From Eledone cirrhosa (Eukaryota), in NCBI GenBank assembly GCA_964016885.1, contig OZ024742.1, positions 322,462,001 through 322,526,000 of the forward strand: a DNA stretch of 64,000 nt, read 5' to 3'. The notes under the pieces were generated by a model that was not told the origin of the DNA, did not search any database, and worked only from the letters and a program-made list of their open reading frames with translations. A program made the translations under genes and the position numbers. Position 1 is the first letter of the stretch. Every line of letters starts with the position of its first letter. This document shows positions 13,448 to 25,519 of the stretch, in pieces.

Positions 13448-14589
13448 ATGTTGTCAATTTACTTTTCAATTTACGTATATATATTTGCGAATAATACCAA
13501 TATGCACACTACATATGCTAGGAGAAAACCGCTCGAGGGTGGTTTTTCTGCTAGTATCTATAAGAATCTGTTATTGTTTAGGTCCATATCTGCCCTGTTT
13601 TAACAGACATATGATCATACCTTACTTTTAGCAGTATCTAGAACTACTTCACTCTTTTTTGAAATGGTTGGGATATGTAGCTGTTATTTCTAGCGGGTTG
13701 AGTGACCACATTGGACAGAATTTTCCAAACTTTTCAGATTGGCAACTCACTTTTTAAAAATAAAATTATGCATGATACATTAACTTTTGATAGTGACACA
13801 AAATAAAAATGTATGATGACATGTGGCTTAGTGGTTAGTGTTGGCTTCACAATCATACATTTTTTGGACCTAATCTCTGAATTTTGTAGCATGTTGCTCC
13901 AATCTACTCTTCTGAAAAGGGGTACTAACAACAGGAGCTAGGTTTAACTTTGTAACCGATTGGTGTCCCATCTTATATTCTCAACCACTTAAGGCCAATT
14001 AAAACCAATATAAGCTCACATTTATGCAGTTCATGCCAACATAGAACAGATGTAAAATTGACGTATAAAATATATCTTGTGTCACCAGTAAACAAGTAAT
14101 TGTACACACAGATAGCAGACCTCAAATGTTTTAGAAATTGACTTAATTTCATGCTACACCTAGTAATTATTAGTGATACTAAAGTGTTGCAGCACACAAT
14201 TCAGAAACCTCTAATGTAGTGTCCTCATCATCCTCATCATTGCCACCATCACCATCACCATCACCACCACCACCCCTATCACCATCACCAATTTTCCATG
14301 TTTTCCATGCTGGTTTGGGTTGAATGGGTTATTACAGACCAAGTCAATACTTAATTGGAGTTACTGTCTTAAACAGACGGGTCAGGAGGCTTCTTGAATG
14401 TTTCATTTTTGGTATGGTTTCTGCAGTTGGAGGCCTTTGAAAGGATAGGTAGGTTTATCACCTATAGCAAGTCAAAGGGTACATTATCAAGTGCAAAAGT
14501 TACCAAAATTCCCTTTTATCCTTTACATGTATAGCCATCACAACACATTTCTTCTACCTAAAATGGCACATACAATTTAGTTGTGGTTA

Positions 14590-14900
14590 GCCCAGGCTAG
14601 AGCCTGGACTATGGCGACAAAGTTCCTTTCCAACACTTCTCTGTGCCTTGTCATCATCAGTTTCTGGATAGGCTCCAGGTAAGTATCCTGCTTCAGCTTG
14701 TCAATGTATCTGACATGATGACCACCACACTTTCCTCACTCTGTGCTAAAGTGAATCCTACAGGACTAGGCTTTCATGATTCTTCTTAACAGCTGTTGCC
14801 TTGCTTTTATTTTTTTCTTTAATGTTAAATTAGCATAGAAATTTCGTGTGTGGTATATTTGGGTCTCTTTCTTCTTGTTTATATATTTCACATAGACATA
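14590..14900 (-). mobile_element. Highly degraded LINE 3' relic (RTE/RTEX-like)
   Basis: Minus strand reads YIDKLKQDTYLEPIQKLMM, resembling the 'Y.DQL..DT....L...M' C-terminus of RTEX-like ORFs. Confidence 0.4.
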
Positions 14901-15093
14901 GTTTTAGCACTGACTACCTGTTGGGTCATTGTATGCTCACATTGATTAAAGATCTTCCTTAGACAAATTGAAATTCTACATACTGTTGTTGGTACAAACA
15001 AGAGAAAAGAACAATCAACACAATGTGGAAGTTGGGTATATTTAACTCTGCACTACCAGCAGTTTCAAAATGAAAGCAAGTCTAAGTCATCAG

Positions 15094-15293
15094 NNNNNNN
15101 NNNNNNNNNNNNNNNNNNNNNNNNNNNNNNNNNNNNNNNNNNNNNNNNNNNNNNNNNNNNNNNNNNNNNNNNNNNNNNNNNNNNNNNNNNNNNNNNNNNN
15201 NNNNNNNNNNNNNNNNNNNNNNNNNNNNNNNNNNNNNNNNNNNNNNNNNNNNNNNNNNNNNNNNNNNNNNNNNNNNNNNNNNNNNNNNNNNNN
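15094..15293. other. Assembly gap (200 N)
   Basis: Exactly 200 N, a placeholder-like length; true distance unknown. Confidence 0.98.
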
Positions 15294-15509
15294 CATCAGA
15301 TAAAATAGGAGAACATGATATGAAGGCTAAAAAACACTTGTGGATAGTGCAGTTTTAAAGCAACATATGAAAAGTAGTTTTAGATTGATGTGTGATATTG
15401 GGAAAAATATTTTATTTAGAGAGGGGGGGTGGAAAGGATGAAAAAAGAGGGAGGAGATGAGAGTGAAGGTGGAGAGGGAGAGATGGGTGATAGAGAGAAA
15501 GAGATAGTT

Positions 15510-15531
15510 TTTATATATATATATATATACA

Positions 15532-15579
<48 letters not shown>

Positions 15580-15610
15580 TATATATATATATACAGTATA
15601 TATATATATT

Positions 15611-15641
<31 letters not shown>

Positions 15642-15650
15642 ATATATACA

Positions 15651-15693
<43 letters not shown>

Positions 15694-15745
15694 TATACAG
15701 TATATATATCTATATATATATATATATATATATACAGTATATATA

Positions 15746-15785
<40 letters not shown>

Positions 15786-15800
15786 TATACAGTATATATA

Positions 15801-15836
<36 letters not shown>

Positions 15837-15907
15837 TATACAGTATATATATCTATATATATATATACAGTATATATATCTATATATATATATACAGTAT
15901 ATATATC

Positions 15908-15939
<32 letters not shown>

Positions 15940-15973
15940 TATACAGTATATATATCTATATATATATATATAT
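15510..15973. repeat. (TA)n microsatellite with TACAG interruptions
   Basis: Seen directly. Confidence 0.95.
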
Positions 15974-16427
15974 GGTGGCTGCCAACTCGTTTTCGAGTAC
16001 GGCCACTACTTTATATCCATGTAGGAGAACCCCTACCGATGCGCTGAACGAGTGTGACTTTTTAGTCCAGCCAGCTTGAAAACTCTGGTACAAACACTAC
16101 ACTTGTGACAATTATTGACACATGGTGCTGTGCCCATGGTACCATGTGACGACAAGTGCAGAGAGATCTCCAGATATAAAGCAATGCCTGTGCCGTGAAG
16201 CTTTTATAGTGAGCAAAGGCACTGCACAAGGCCAGTCCCACTCTCTTAACCAAGATGATATTTACCAAAAAGAAGAACAAGTCAACATCATTGGATATCA
16301 TCAGGGTTGCAGGTGTTATATCAGAGTTTTCCTTCTCCTAGAATTCTGCCTTGACAAAGGCTAAGGGGTCATCTCTCCCGGTGATTTTGGATGGCCATTG
16401 ACTCTTAAGAGCTCCTTTGCCCTTTGA
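15974..16427 (-). mobile_element. Non-coding hairpin-ended retroposon, copy A (5'-truncated)
   Basis: Shares its left end GGTGGCTGCCAACTCG with three other copies; the right end varies; (TA)n flanks on both sides. Confidence 0.7.
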
Positions 16428-16619
16428 TATATATACATACATATATATATACATACATACACATACACATATACGTACATACTCACATACATACATACAT
16501 ATATACGTACATACATATATACATGCACACATACATACATACATACATACACACATACGCACATACATACATACATACATACATACATACATACACACAT
16601 ATGTACATACATACATGGT

Positions 16620-17182
16620 GGTGGCTGCCAACTCGTTTTCGAGTACGGCCACCACTTTACATCCATGTAGGAGAGAACCCCTACCGATGCACTCTGGTAC
16701 AAACACTACACTTGTGACAATTATTGTCACAGTGCTGGGCCCATGGTACCATGTGACAACAAGTGCAGAGAGATCTCCAGATATAAAGCAATACCTGTGC
16801 CGTGAAGCTTTTATAGTGAGCAAACGCACTGCACAAAACCAGTCCCACTCTCTTAACCAAGATGATATTTACCAAAAAGAAGAACAAGTCAACATCATTG
16901 GATACCATCAGGGTTGCAGGTGTTATATCAGAGTTTTCCTTCTCCTAGAATTCTGCCCTGACAAAGGCTAAGGGGTCATCTCTCCCGGTGATTTTGGATG
17001 GCAATTGGCTCTTAAGAGCTCCTTTGACAGGTTTTGTTTTTAGTCCTGCAGGATGTCCAAAGTCACCCTCCTCACCAAGAAACCTTGGTGGGGTTGCCAG
17101 TTTAGTCGCCAACGACCCGACCATGGGACAGGTTGTACTGGGATACATGTTACCAGTAGCACCAACTGGTGACCTGACATAA
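16620..17182 (-). mobile_element. Non-coding hairpin-ended retroposon, copy B (longest)
   Basis: Colinear with copy A except for a ~40-bp internal deletion; extends ~155 bp further to the right. Confidence 0.7.
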
Positions 17183-17416
17183 CATATATATATACATACA
17201 TATATATATACATACATATATACATATACATACATATATACATATACATACATATATACATATACATACATATATATATATACATACATATATATATACA
17301 TACATATATATATAAATACATATATATATATAAATACATATATATATATAAATACATATATATATATAAATACATATATATAAATACATATATATATATA
17401 TAAATACATATATATA

Positions 17417-17448
<32 letters not shown>

Positions 17449-17604
17449 CATATATATATACATGGTGGCTGCCAACTCGTTTTCGTACATATATATGTAT
17501 GTATATATGTACATACATATATACATACATATATATATATATACATATATACATACATATATATATACATACATATATATATACATACATATATATATAC
17601 ATAC

Positions 17605-17655
<51 letters not shown>

Positions 17656-17756
17656 CATACATACATATATATATACATATATATATATACATACATACAT
17701 ATATATATACATACATATATATACATATATATATATATATACATACATATATATAC

Positions 17757-17787
<31 letters not shown>

Positions 17788-17810
17788 CATAGATACATAC
17801 ATATATATAT

Positions 17811-18191
17811 GGTGGCTGCCAACTCGTTTTCGAGTACGGCCACTACTTTATATCCATGTAGGAGAACCCCTACCGATGCGCTGAACGAGTGTGACTTTTC
17901 AGTCCGGCCAGCGACTTGAAAACCCCGGTACAAACACTACACATGTGACAATTATTGACACATAGTGCTGGGCCCATGGTGCCATGTGACGACAAGTGCA
18001 GAGAGATCTCCAGATATAAAGCAATGCCTGTGCCGTGAAGCTTTTATAGTGAGCAAAGGCACTGCACAAAGCCAGTCCCACTCTCTTAACCAAGATGATA
18101 TTTACCAAAAAGAAGAACAACAACAAGGAGAAGGAAAACTCTGATATCACACCTGCAACCCTGATGATATCCAATGATGTTGACTTGTTCT

Positions 18192-18197
<6 letters not shown>
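17811..18197 (-). mobile_element. Non-coding hairpin-ended retroposon, copy C, with inverted 5' segment
   Basis: 18127-18197 is the reverse complement of the sequence at 16268-16338 in copy A. Confidence 0.75.
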
Positions 18198-18228
<31 letters not shown>

Positions 18229-18278
18229 TATACAGTATATATATCTATATATATATATATATATACATATATATACAG

Positions 18279-18312
<34 letters not shown>

Positions 18313-18318
18313 TATACA

Positions 18319-18357
<39 letters not shown>

Positions 18358-18417
18358 TATACAGTATATATATATATATACATATATATACAGTATATAT
18401 ATATATATATACAGTAT

Positions 18418-19884
18418 ATCATCATCATCATCATCAGGTTTAGCGTCCGTGTTCCACGCTTGCATGGGTTTGGACGGGGGTTTTCCCACTTGAGGCAAGA
18501 GTGGTTGTCTTGCTCGCATAGGACTGTCTGGCGGGTTTTCTACAGTTGGATGCCCTTCCTAACACCAACCACATATACAGTGTGGGGCTGGGAGGTTTTT
18601 ACCGTGTTGCCTACACGGCCACATTACAGCGTGGACTGTCTGGCGGGTTTTCTACAGCTGGATGCCCTTCCTAACACCAACCACATTTACAGTGTGGGGC
18701 TGGGAGGTTTTTACCGTGTTGCCTACACGGCCACATTTACAGCGTGGACTGTGTGTTTTTTTGTCGTGACACCTACACGATCTCATTTGTTTCGGCCTGG
18801 ATGTTGTGGGACCAACATAACTGTACATTGAAAGGGGCGGTGTGGATGGGGTGGAGGTGGTGGGACGGGGGGGGTGTTTTGATAGAGATGCCTACTGACT
18901 GTAGTAGATTTTTACTTTGTATTTAGGTAAGGCGGGTCTTCTCTATTACTGAGTACCGCCAAAGGTCTCGGTCCAGTGACATTGTCTTGGAGAGGTGTAA
19001 GCGTGTGAGGTCGGAATTTATCAGCTCGTCCCATGTTTTTCTGGGTCTGCCTACTCCGTGGCTACCGTCTATCTTTATTGCCCTGCACTTTGTTATACAG
19101 CTGTCGTCTTTCATGCGCATCACGTGACCGTACCAACGTAGCCTTCTCTCGAGTAAACAACATCTGATCCCTCTTATTTCTAATTTTTTCCTTAGTTCGT
19201 TTATGCTTTGCCGTTCACGTATATTACTATTGCACATCCAGCCGAGCATGCAAGCTTCGTTCCTCTCTAGTCTGCGTATATCCTCTGCACACAATGCCCA
19301 GGTCTCACTGCCATGCAGCATTGCTGTTCGTATGCAGGCATCGTATAACCTGCCTTTCATTTTTAGGGAGAACCCTCTAGCGGCTAATAGTGGTATAAGC
19401 TCTCTGAACTTTTTCCATCCAGTTCTGACTCTAGCTACTGTACTCTCAGAGCACCCTCCCCCACTGCTGATTTTGTCACCCAGGTAACGGAAGCTGTCCA
19501 CTATTTCTATAGAACCCTCTGCGCAGTTGAAGGAGCTAGTATTTTGTGGGCACTTGCTGCTACTTATTGCACCAGAGCACCGGCCACATGTAAAATCTAT
19601 GTTCTTAGTTAGCTTACCTGTGATCCCACTACATCTTTTATGCACCCATACTTTGCATTTGGGACATAAAATGGAGTTTCTACCTACGCCTTTCCTACAC
19701 ACTGAGCATGGCCATTTCCCAGATGGGACTGCCGCCATATTTTCTTTCCTACAAACTAGAACTTTTGTCTTAGCCAGGTTAATTTTAAGGCCTTTTGATT
19801 CTAGGCCGTGCTTCCATGTTTGGAATTTCTTCTCTAGTTCGGTCATTGATTCAGCTATGAGCGTTAGATCATCTGCGTATAGGA

Positions 19885-19885
<1 letters not shown>
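18418..19885 (-). mobile_element. Young 5'-truncated RTE LINE (RT C-terminal half, 3' UTR and (TGA)n tail) in (TA)n
   Basis: Uninterrupted frame LYADDL...[12 protein letters not shown]...FRYLG...LHGSETW...RRLRWYGHVMRM...GRPRKTW with stop at 18923. The CATCATCAT tail abuts TA repeats. Confidence 0.93.
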
Positions 19886-20914
<1,029 letters not shown>

Positions 20915-20916
<2 letters not shown>

Positions 20917-22306
20917 TGTAAATCTCAAATACGTAAATGTTGGGTCTAACCACCCCATCTCTATAATTAAATCTATCCCTAAAAATATTTCCCTTAGAAT
21001 CTCGGGTCTATCTTCTAACATACAAGTATTTAAGGAACACGCCGAGTACTACGATAACGCCCTTAGTAAAGCAGGCTACCTCAACAAAATAGAGTACATA
21101 GATGGGAACAATCAAAACACCCAAAATAAATCCCACATAGGTAGATATAATAACACAACACCAAACCACACTTACTACCATAGTATGCACACCAGTAAAC
21201 CAACAAACAAAACTAATAGAAAGCGATGCAAAGAGTACTTATGGTATAACCCCGAATACAATAGCTCCATTAGTACAAATTTACCAGTACTCTTCTTTAA
21301 AATAATTAAAAGACATTTTCCCACATCACACAAATACCACAAAATCCTAAACCCTACCACTATAAGACTGTCATACTCTACAGCGTTAAACCTTGAACAA
21401 CACATAAAAAAGATCAATACTAGAAGGTTAAACGAAAACACTAAGAACTTAAGTACAAAGAACCCCAAAAAAACAGTAGACAATACACTACAGAACATAA
21501 ATAAACCACACCTAAGTTCGTCCGCAATACTACTCCAGAGAAAACCCAACGTACACAACTGTAACTGCACCTATCCTGACAACTGCCCCCTCGGCAATAA
21601 CTGCCTGGAAAAAAATATTATTTATAAGTGTACCATTAAATCCGGAGGCAACGAGTGGTATTACGTGGGATCAACGGCAACATCGTTTAAATCTCGATTG
21701 TATAGGCATTCTTACTCAATAAAACACCAGAGCCAAAGAAATGTAACAACTTTAGCAGAGAAAGCTTGGACGCTCAGGGATAGCAATCAAAAGTTTACCC
21801 TAAAATGGGAAAAATTAGCTAAAACCCAAAGCTTTTCCAGGAGCCAAAATTTCTGCAAATTGTGTAATCTTGAGATTTATTACATAATCACACACAAGAA
21901 GAAACTGCTGAATAACAGAATTGAACGAACATTATTCTGCCGTCACAGAACTAAAACCCTTTTTTCCCACTACAAGCCGAATATTACATAAAAGAGGGAC
22001 ATCCCCCAACTATATAAACCTTAATCTAGTTAGAAAAATATAAAAACAATCTCTTTTCAACATATATTAATAACCTTAAATTACCATACTAATAATGAAA
22101 AGATATGCTGATGAGAATAGGTACAAATATGCGATAATGAATGTGTCTAAAAACGTCCATAAGTATGTATATATATGTGAAAATGTATATAAATAAGTAA
22201 ATATATATATATGTTTGATGTGTATAGTTAGATGTAAGTGTATTCATGTATTAAAGTGCTTATATATATATATATATATGTGTGTGTGTATATGTGTGTA
22301 TATATG

Positions 22307-22347
<41 letters not shown>

Positions 22348-23088
22348 GTATATGTATGTATGTATATATATATGTGTATGTATGTATGTGTATATGGATG
22401 TGTATGTATGTGTATGTGTGTACACATGGACTAGAGTATGTATGTATATATGTGTGTGTCTATACGTGTGTATATATAAAGATAAGTTGAGTATGAAAAT
22501 GTATACACATGAGCGCGTATGTATGTACATGAATACATGTGTGTATATATATGTGTATGCATGTGTATATATATGTAAGTATGAATATGTGAATTGTGAG
22601 TATATGTATTTTGTAGAGGTGTGCAAATATATTTGTGTGTGAATGCGTGGGTGAAAGAATACGTACACTTGAAAGAAAAATTTAAGTCTGAATGTTAAGT
22701 GCAAACACAAAACCAACCACGCATATCTTTACTATCTCTAATCCTTCTATAGATTTAGAAAAATAACCAATAATATATTCTATAAAAAATGTCAAAACAA
22801 CAGATGGGAATCTAATTAATCACTGCCACCAAGAATTCTCACTGCTATCGAAAAACCACTCCTTCAACTATTCTTCTAACAACTTCACCCCTTCCTCCTA
22901 ATATTCTCTATAAAAACTAAATAGGTCCTCAGTAATATTATTCTGATGAAATGACAGTAAACAATAACATTGAAATATTGAATGTCTGCATAACTAAAAG
23001 TTTGTAGATAGCTGTTTTAGGTTATGTAACTGTTATAGAAACACGTGTCAATAAATTCCTTTCAACTAAACTGTATCCATTCAAATCT

Positions 23089-23091
<3 letters not shown>
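20915..23091 (+). mobile_element. 5'-truncated Penelope-like element (RT thumb/linker, C-terminal GIY-YIG endonuclease, ~1.1-kb 3' region)
   Basis: Open frame to the stop at 21991: [44 protein letters not shown]...YYVGST..FKSR..RH, CKLC..E, LLN.R.E...CRH. Both ends abut (TA)n. Confidence 0.9.
22938..23054 (+). ncRNA. Candidate type-I hammerhead ribozyme in the PLE 3' end
   Basis: Stem I TTATT(22938-42)/AATAA(23050-54); CTGATGA at 22943-49; stem II ATGACAGT/ACTGTTAT; GAAA at 23038-41; palindromic stem III ACACGTGT; GTC at 23047-49. Confidence 0.7.
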
Positions 23092-23173
<82 letters not shown>

Positions 23174-23245
23174 TATATATATATATATATACAGTATATA
23201 TATATATATATATACAGTATATATATATATATATATATATATACA

Positions 23246-23293
<48 letters not shown>

Positions 23294-24861
23294 TATATAT
23301 ATATATATATTGATGAGTGAATTGTTGTTTAGCCCCAGGTCATCCATGATCTACTTCTGATCAAACCCATTCTAGCTCACCATCCTATCTTTTCCAAGTT
23401 TATGTATGACTACATTATCCAAAGGGTACATTGTTTTTGTGTACTCTCTTGGGGTCGATAAAATAACTAGCAGTACTGGGGTCAATTTCATCAGTTAATT
23501 GATTGCCTTTCGTTTATATTAAAATCAATAATTTTATGTTAATAAGACAAGCACCATCACAATAGAATTACTAAGCTGGTTAAAGTAATATTTTTTTTTT
23601 ATCATTGATTAAACTTTAATAGAATCAGCTGAATGAAAGAGCCTTTATGTAGTCATTCAAATTACTTGAAATGTCAGTCAAATGTCCCTGAAACCATGCA
23701 TTACTGTTATAAAAATATTAGGGTACATTGGATAACACTGTTTTATTTATATACCATGTAAATTAGTTGGTGATCGAACAGAGGCAATATAGAGTAAAGA
23801 GGAATTTTTAGTCTTGCCAAGGACATGACAACTTTGCTGGTGCCATAATAAAATGCACCAAGAACAACATGTAATCAAACAGCAACAATGTAGGATAGAG
23901 ATTGTTTAATCTTGTTGTGACGTAACAATTTCTCTAGTGATGGAATGGCCACAGATGGAGTGTCTTTGATCTTAGGTTTGTTGGATCAGAGCCGAGCTAA
24001 GGTTAAACAACAATTTTACTAGAATATCGTATGGCCTTTCTTTTGGTAGACCAAAGAAGTGATTCCTTATGTGTATGTTTGTGTCTATGTATGTTTGTGT
24101 GTGTGATTGACCTTATAATGTTTGAACTTGATTGCTAGATTCAAGAATAGTCCAGACTTTATATCTTTGAGTGCAGTCAGATTGTCTCTTATGAAGAAAC
24201 ATATTCAAACATAAGACTGACAAAAGATAGAGGTGTTTAACTGATCCCATTGACCTCAGCACTTGGCTGATACTTATTTTATTGGTCCTAGAGAATACAA
24301 AAATACAGGAAGGACACATTAGATAATGTAATTTTTGTATCTTAGTAGTCTGTATGCTGTGTAATCTTCTTGGGAACAACTGATTAGATTAGCAAATGTG
24401 TTCTCTGATCTTGAATGCAGTGTGTGGGTGTGTGAACACATGGCTGACTGATTAATAAGTTTCCTTTGCAATCATGAGGTGACCTGAGTGAAATTGGATT
24501 GATGGTAACCCATTGGATGAACTGTCAATAATTCAAATGTCCAGCCTTATCACACTGCCATGCTGGTGTTAAGAGTACATATCTCTGTACATATGTCTGT
24601 GGAATACTACTTCTGTGACTTGTAGCAGCCCATCTTTATGCTTGCATTCATTTAACCTTATTGATATTAAATTGCTTAAAACTGATCCTGGTTTGTTATA
24701 GAAAACTGTTTATTTTAAATTGGTTATATTTATCTAAACCTTTCATCACAATTTTATGTTATGTTCTAAACATCAGCTTAATAATGAGAAACTTAGTTAA
24801 ATAACTAAATCTCTCCAAATTCTTCATTTTATTCAAAATAATTTGAGCTAGCATTAGAAAT

Positions 24862-25330
24862 GCAGTGTGATTTGAAGGAGATTTGGCAGCTATCTCTTAC
24901 AGGCTGGTCGACCACAATAAGATCCTTTCTGTGGCTCGTATTATCCAGTCTGCAGGTATGTTTTCCTGTGAATTGAGGTAGATTTGGTTGCTATTTCTAA
25001 CTGATCAATCAACCTCATAGGACTCTTTTATGGGTCCTATCAGCCAGTCAGAAACACTTAACTGGTAGGGATTTGAGGGAAATTTGGCTGTTATTTCTGA
25101 TCATTCAACCTGATATGGGCCTATTTTGAGGCTCCTACCAGCTTGTCCACAACCATGTAACAGGGTGGGATTTGAGGAAGATTTGGCTGTTATTTCTTAC
25201 AGGAAGTTTGATGTATGGAGGGTTGGAATATGATCAACCCCATTAAGCTGTCTGGGGTTCTATTAGCCAGTCTTCAAGGTGGAGTACAGAGTGATTTGAG
25301 GGAGATTTAGCTGCTATTTCTAACAAGGAG
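24862..25330 (+). repeat. Five degenerate tandem copies of a ~90-130-bp unit
   Basis: GATTTGAGG.AGATTTGGCTG.TATTTCT recurs at ~24869, ~24970, ~25070, ~25169 and ~25293. Confidence 0.75.
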
Positions 25331-25519
25331 CGTTTGACAGACAGTGGTACTGATGCAATAATTGTATTACATAGACCAAGTTAGATAATCAGTTGTTACA
25401 TTATGAAGATGGGGGAGGTGGGAATCAATGATGATTGTACTGTCATGTTATTGAGTGAAAGATCAATCAATTGTTGTTGCCAATCACCTTGGTAACCACT
25501 TATATTGTTGCTGCTGCTA

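Noticed and set aside
15088-15299. CATCAG on both sides of the gap as a TSD
   Set aside because: It flanks an artificial N run; likely a scaffolding overlap or chance.
22943-22986. Compact hammerhead using GAAA at 22972 and GTC at 22984
   Set aside because: The sequence after that GTC cannot pair with TTATT to form stem I; the longer fold to 23054 can.
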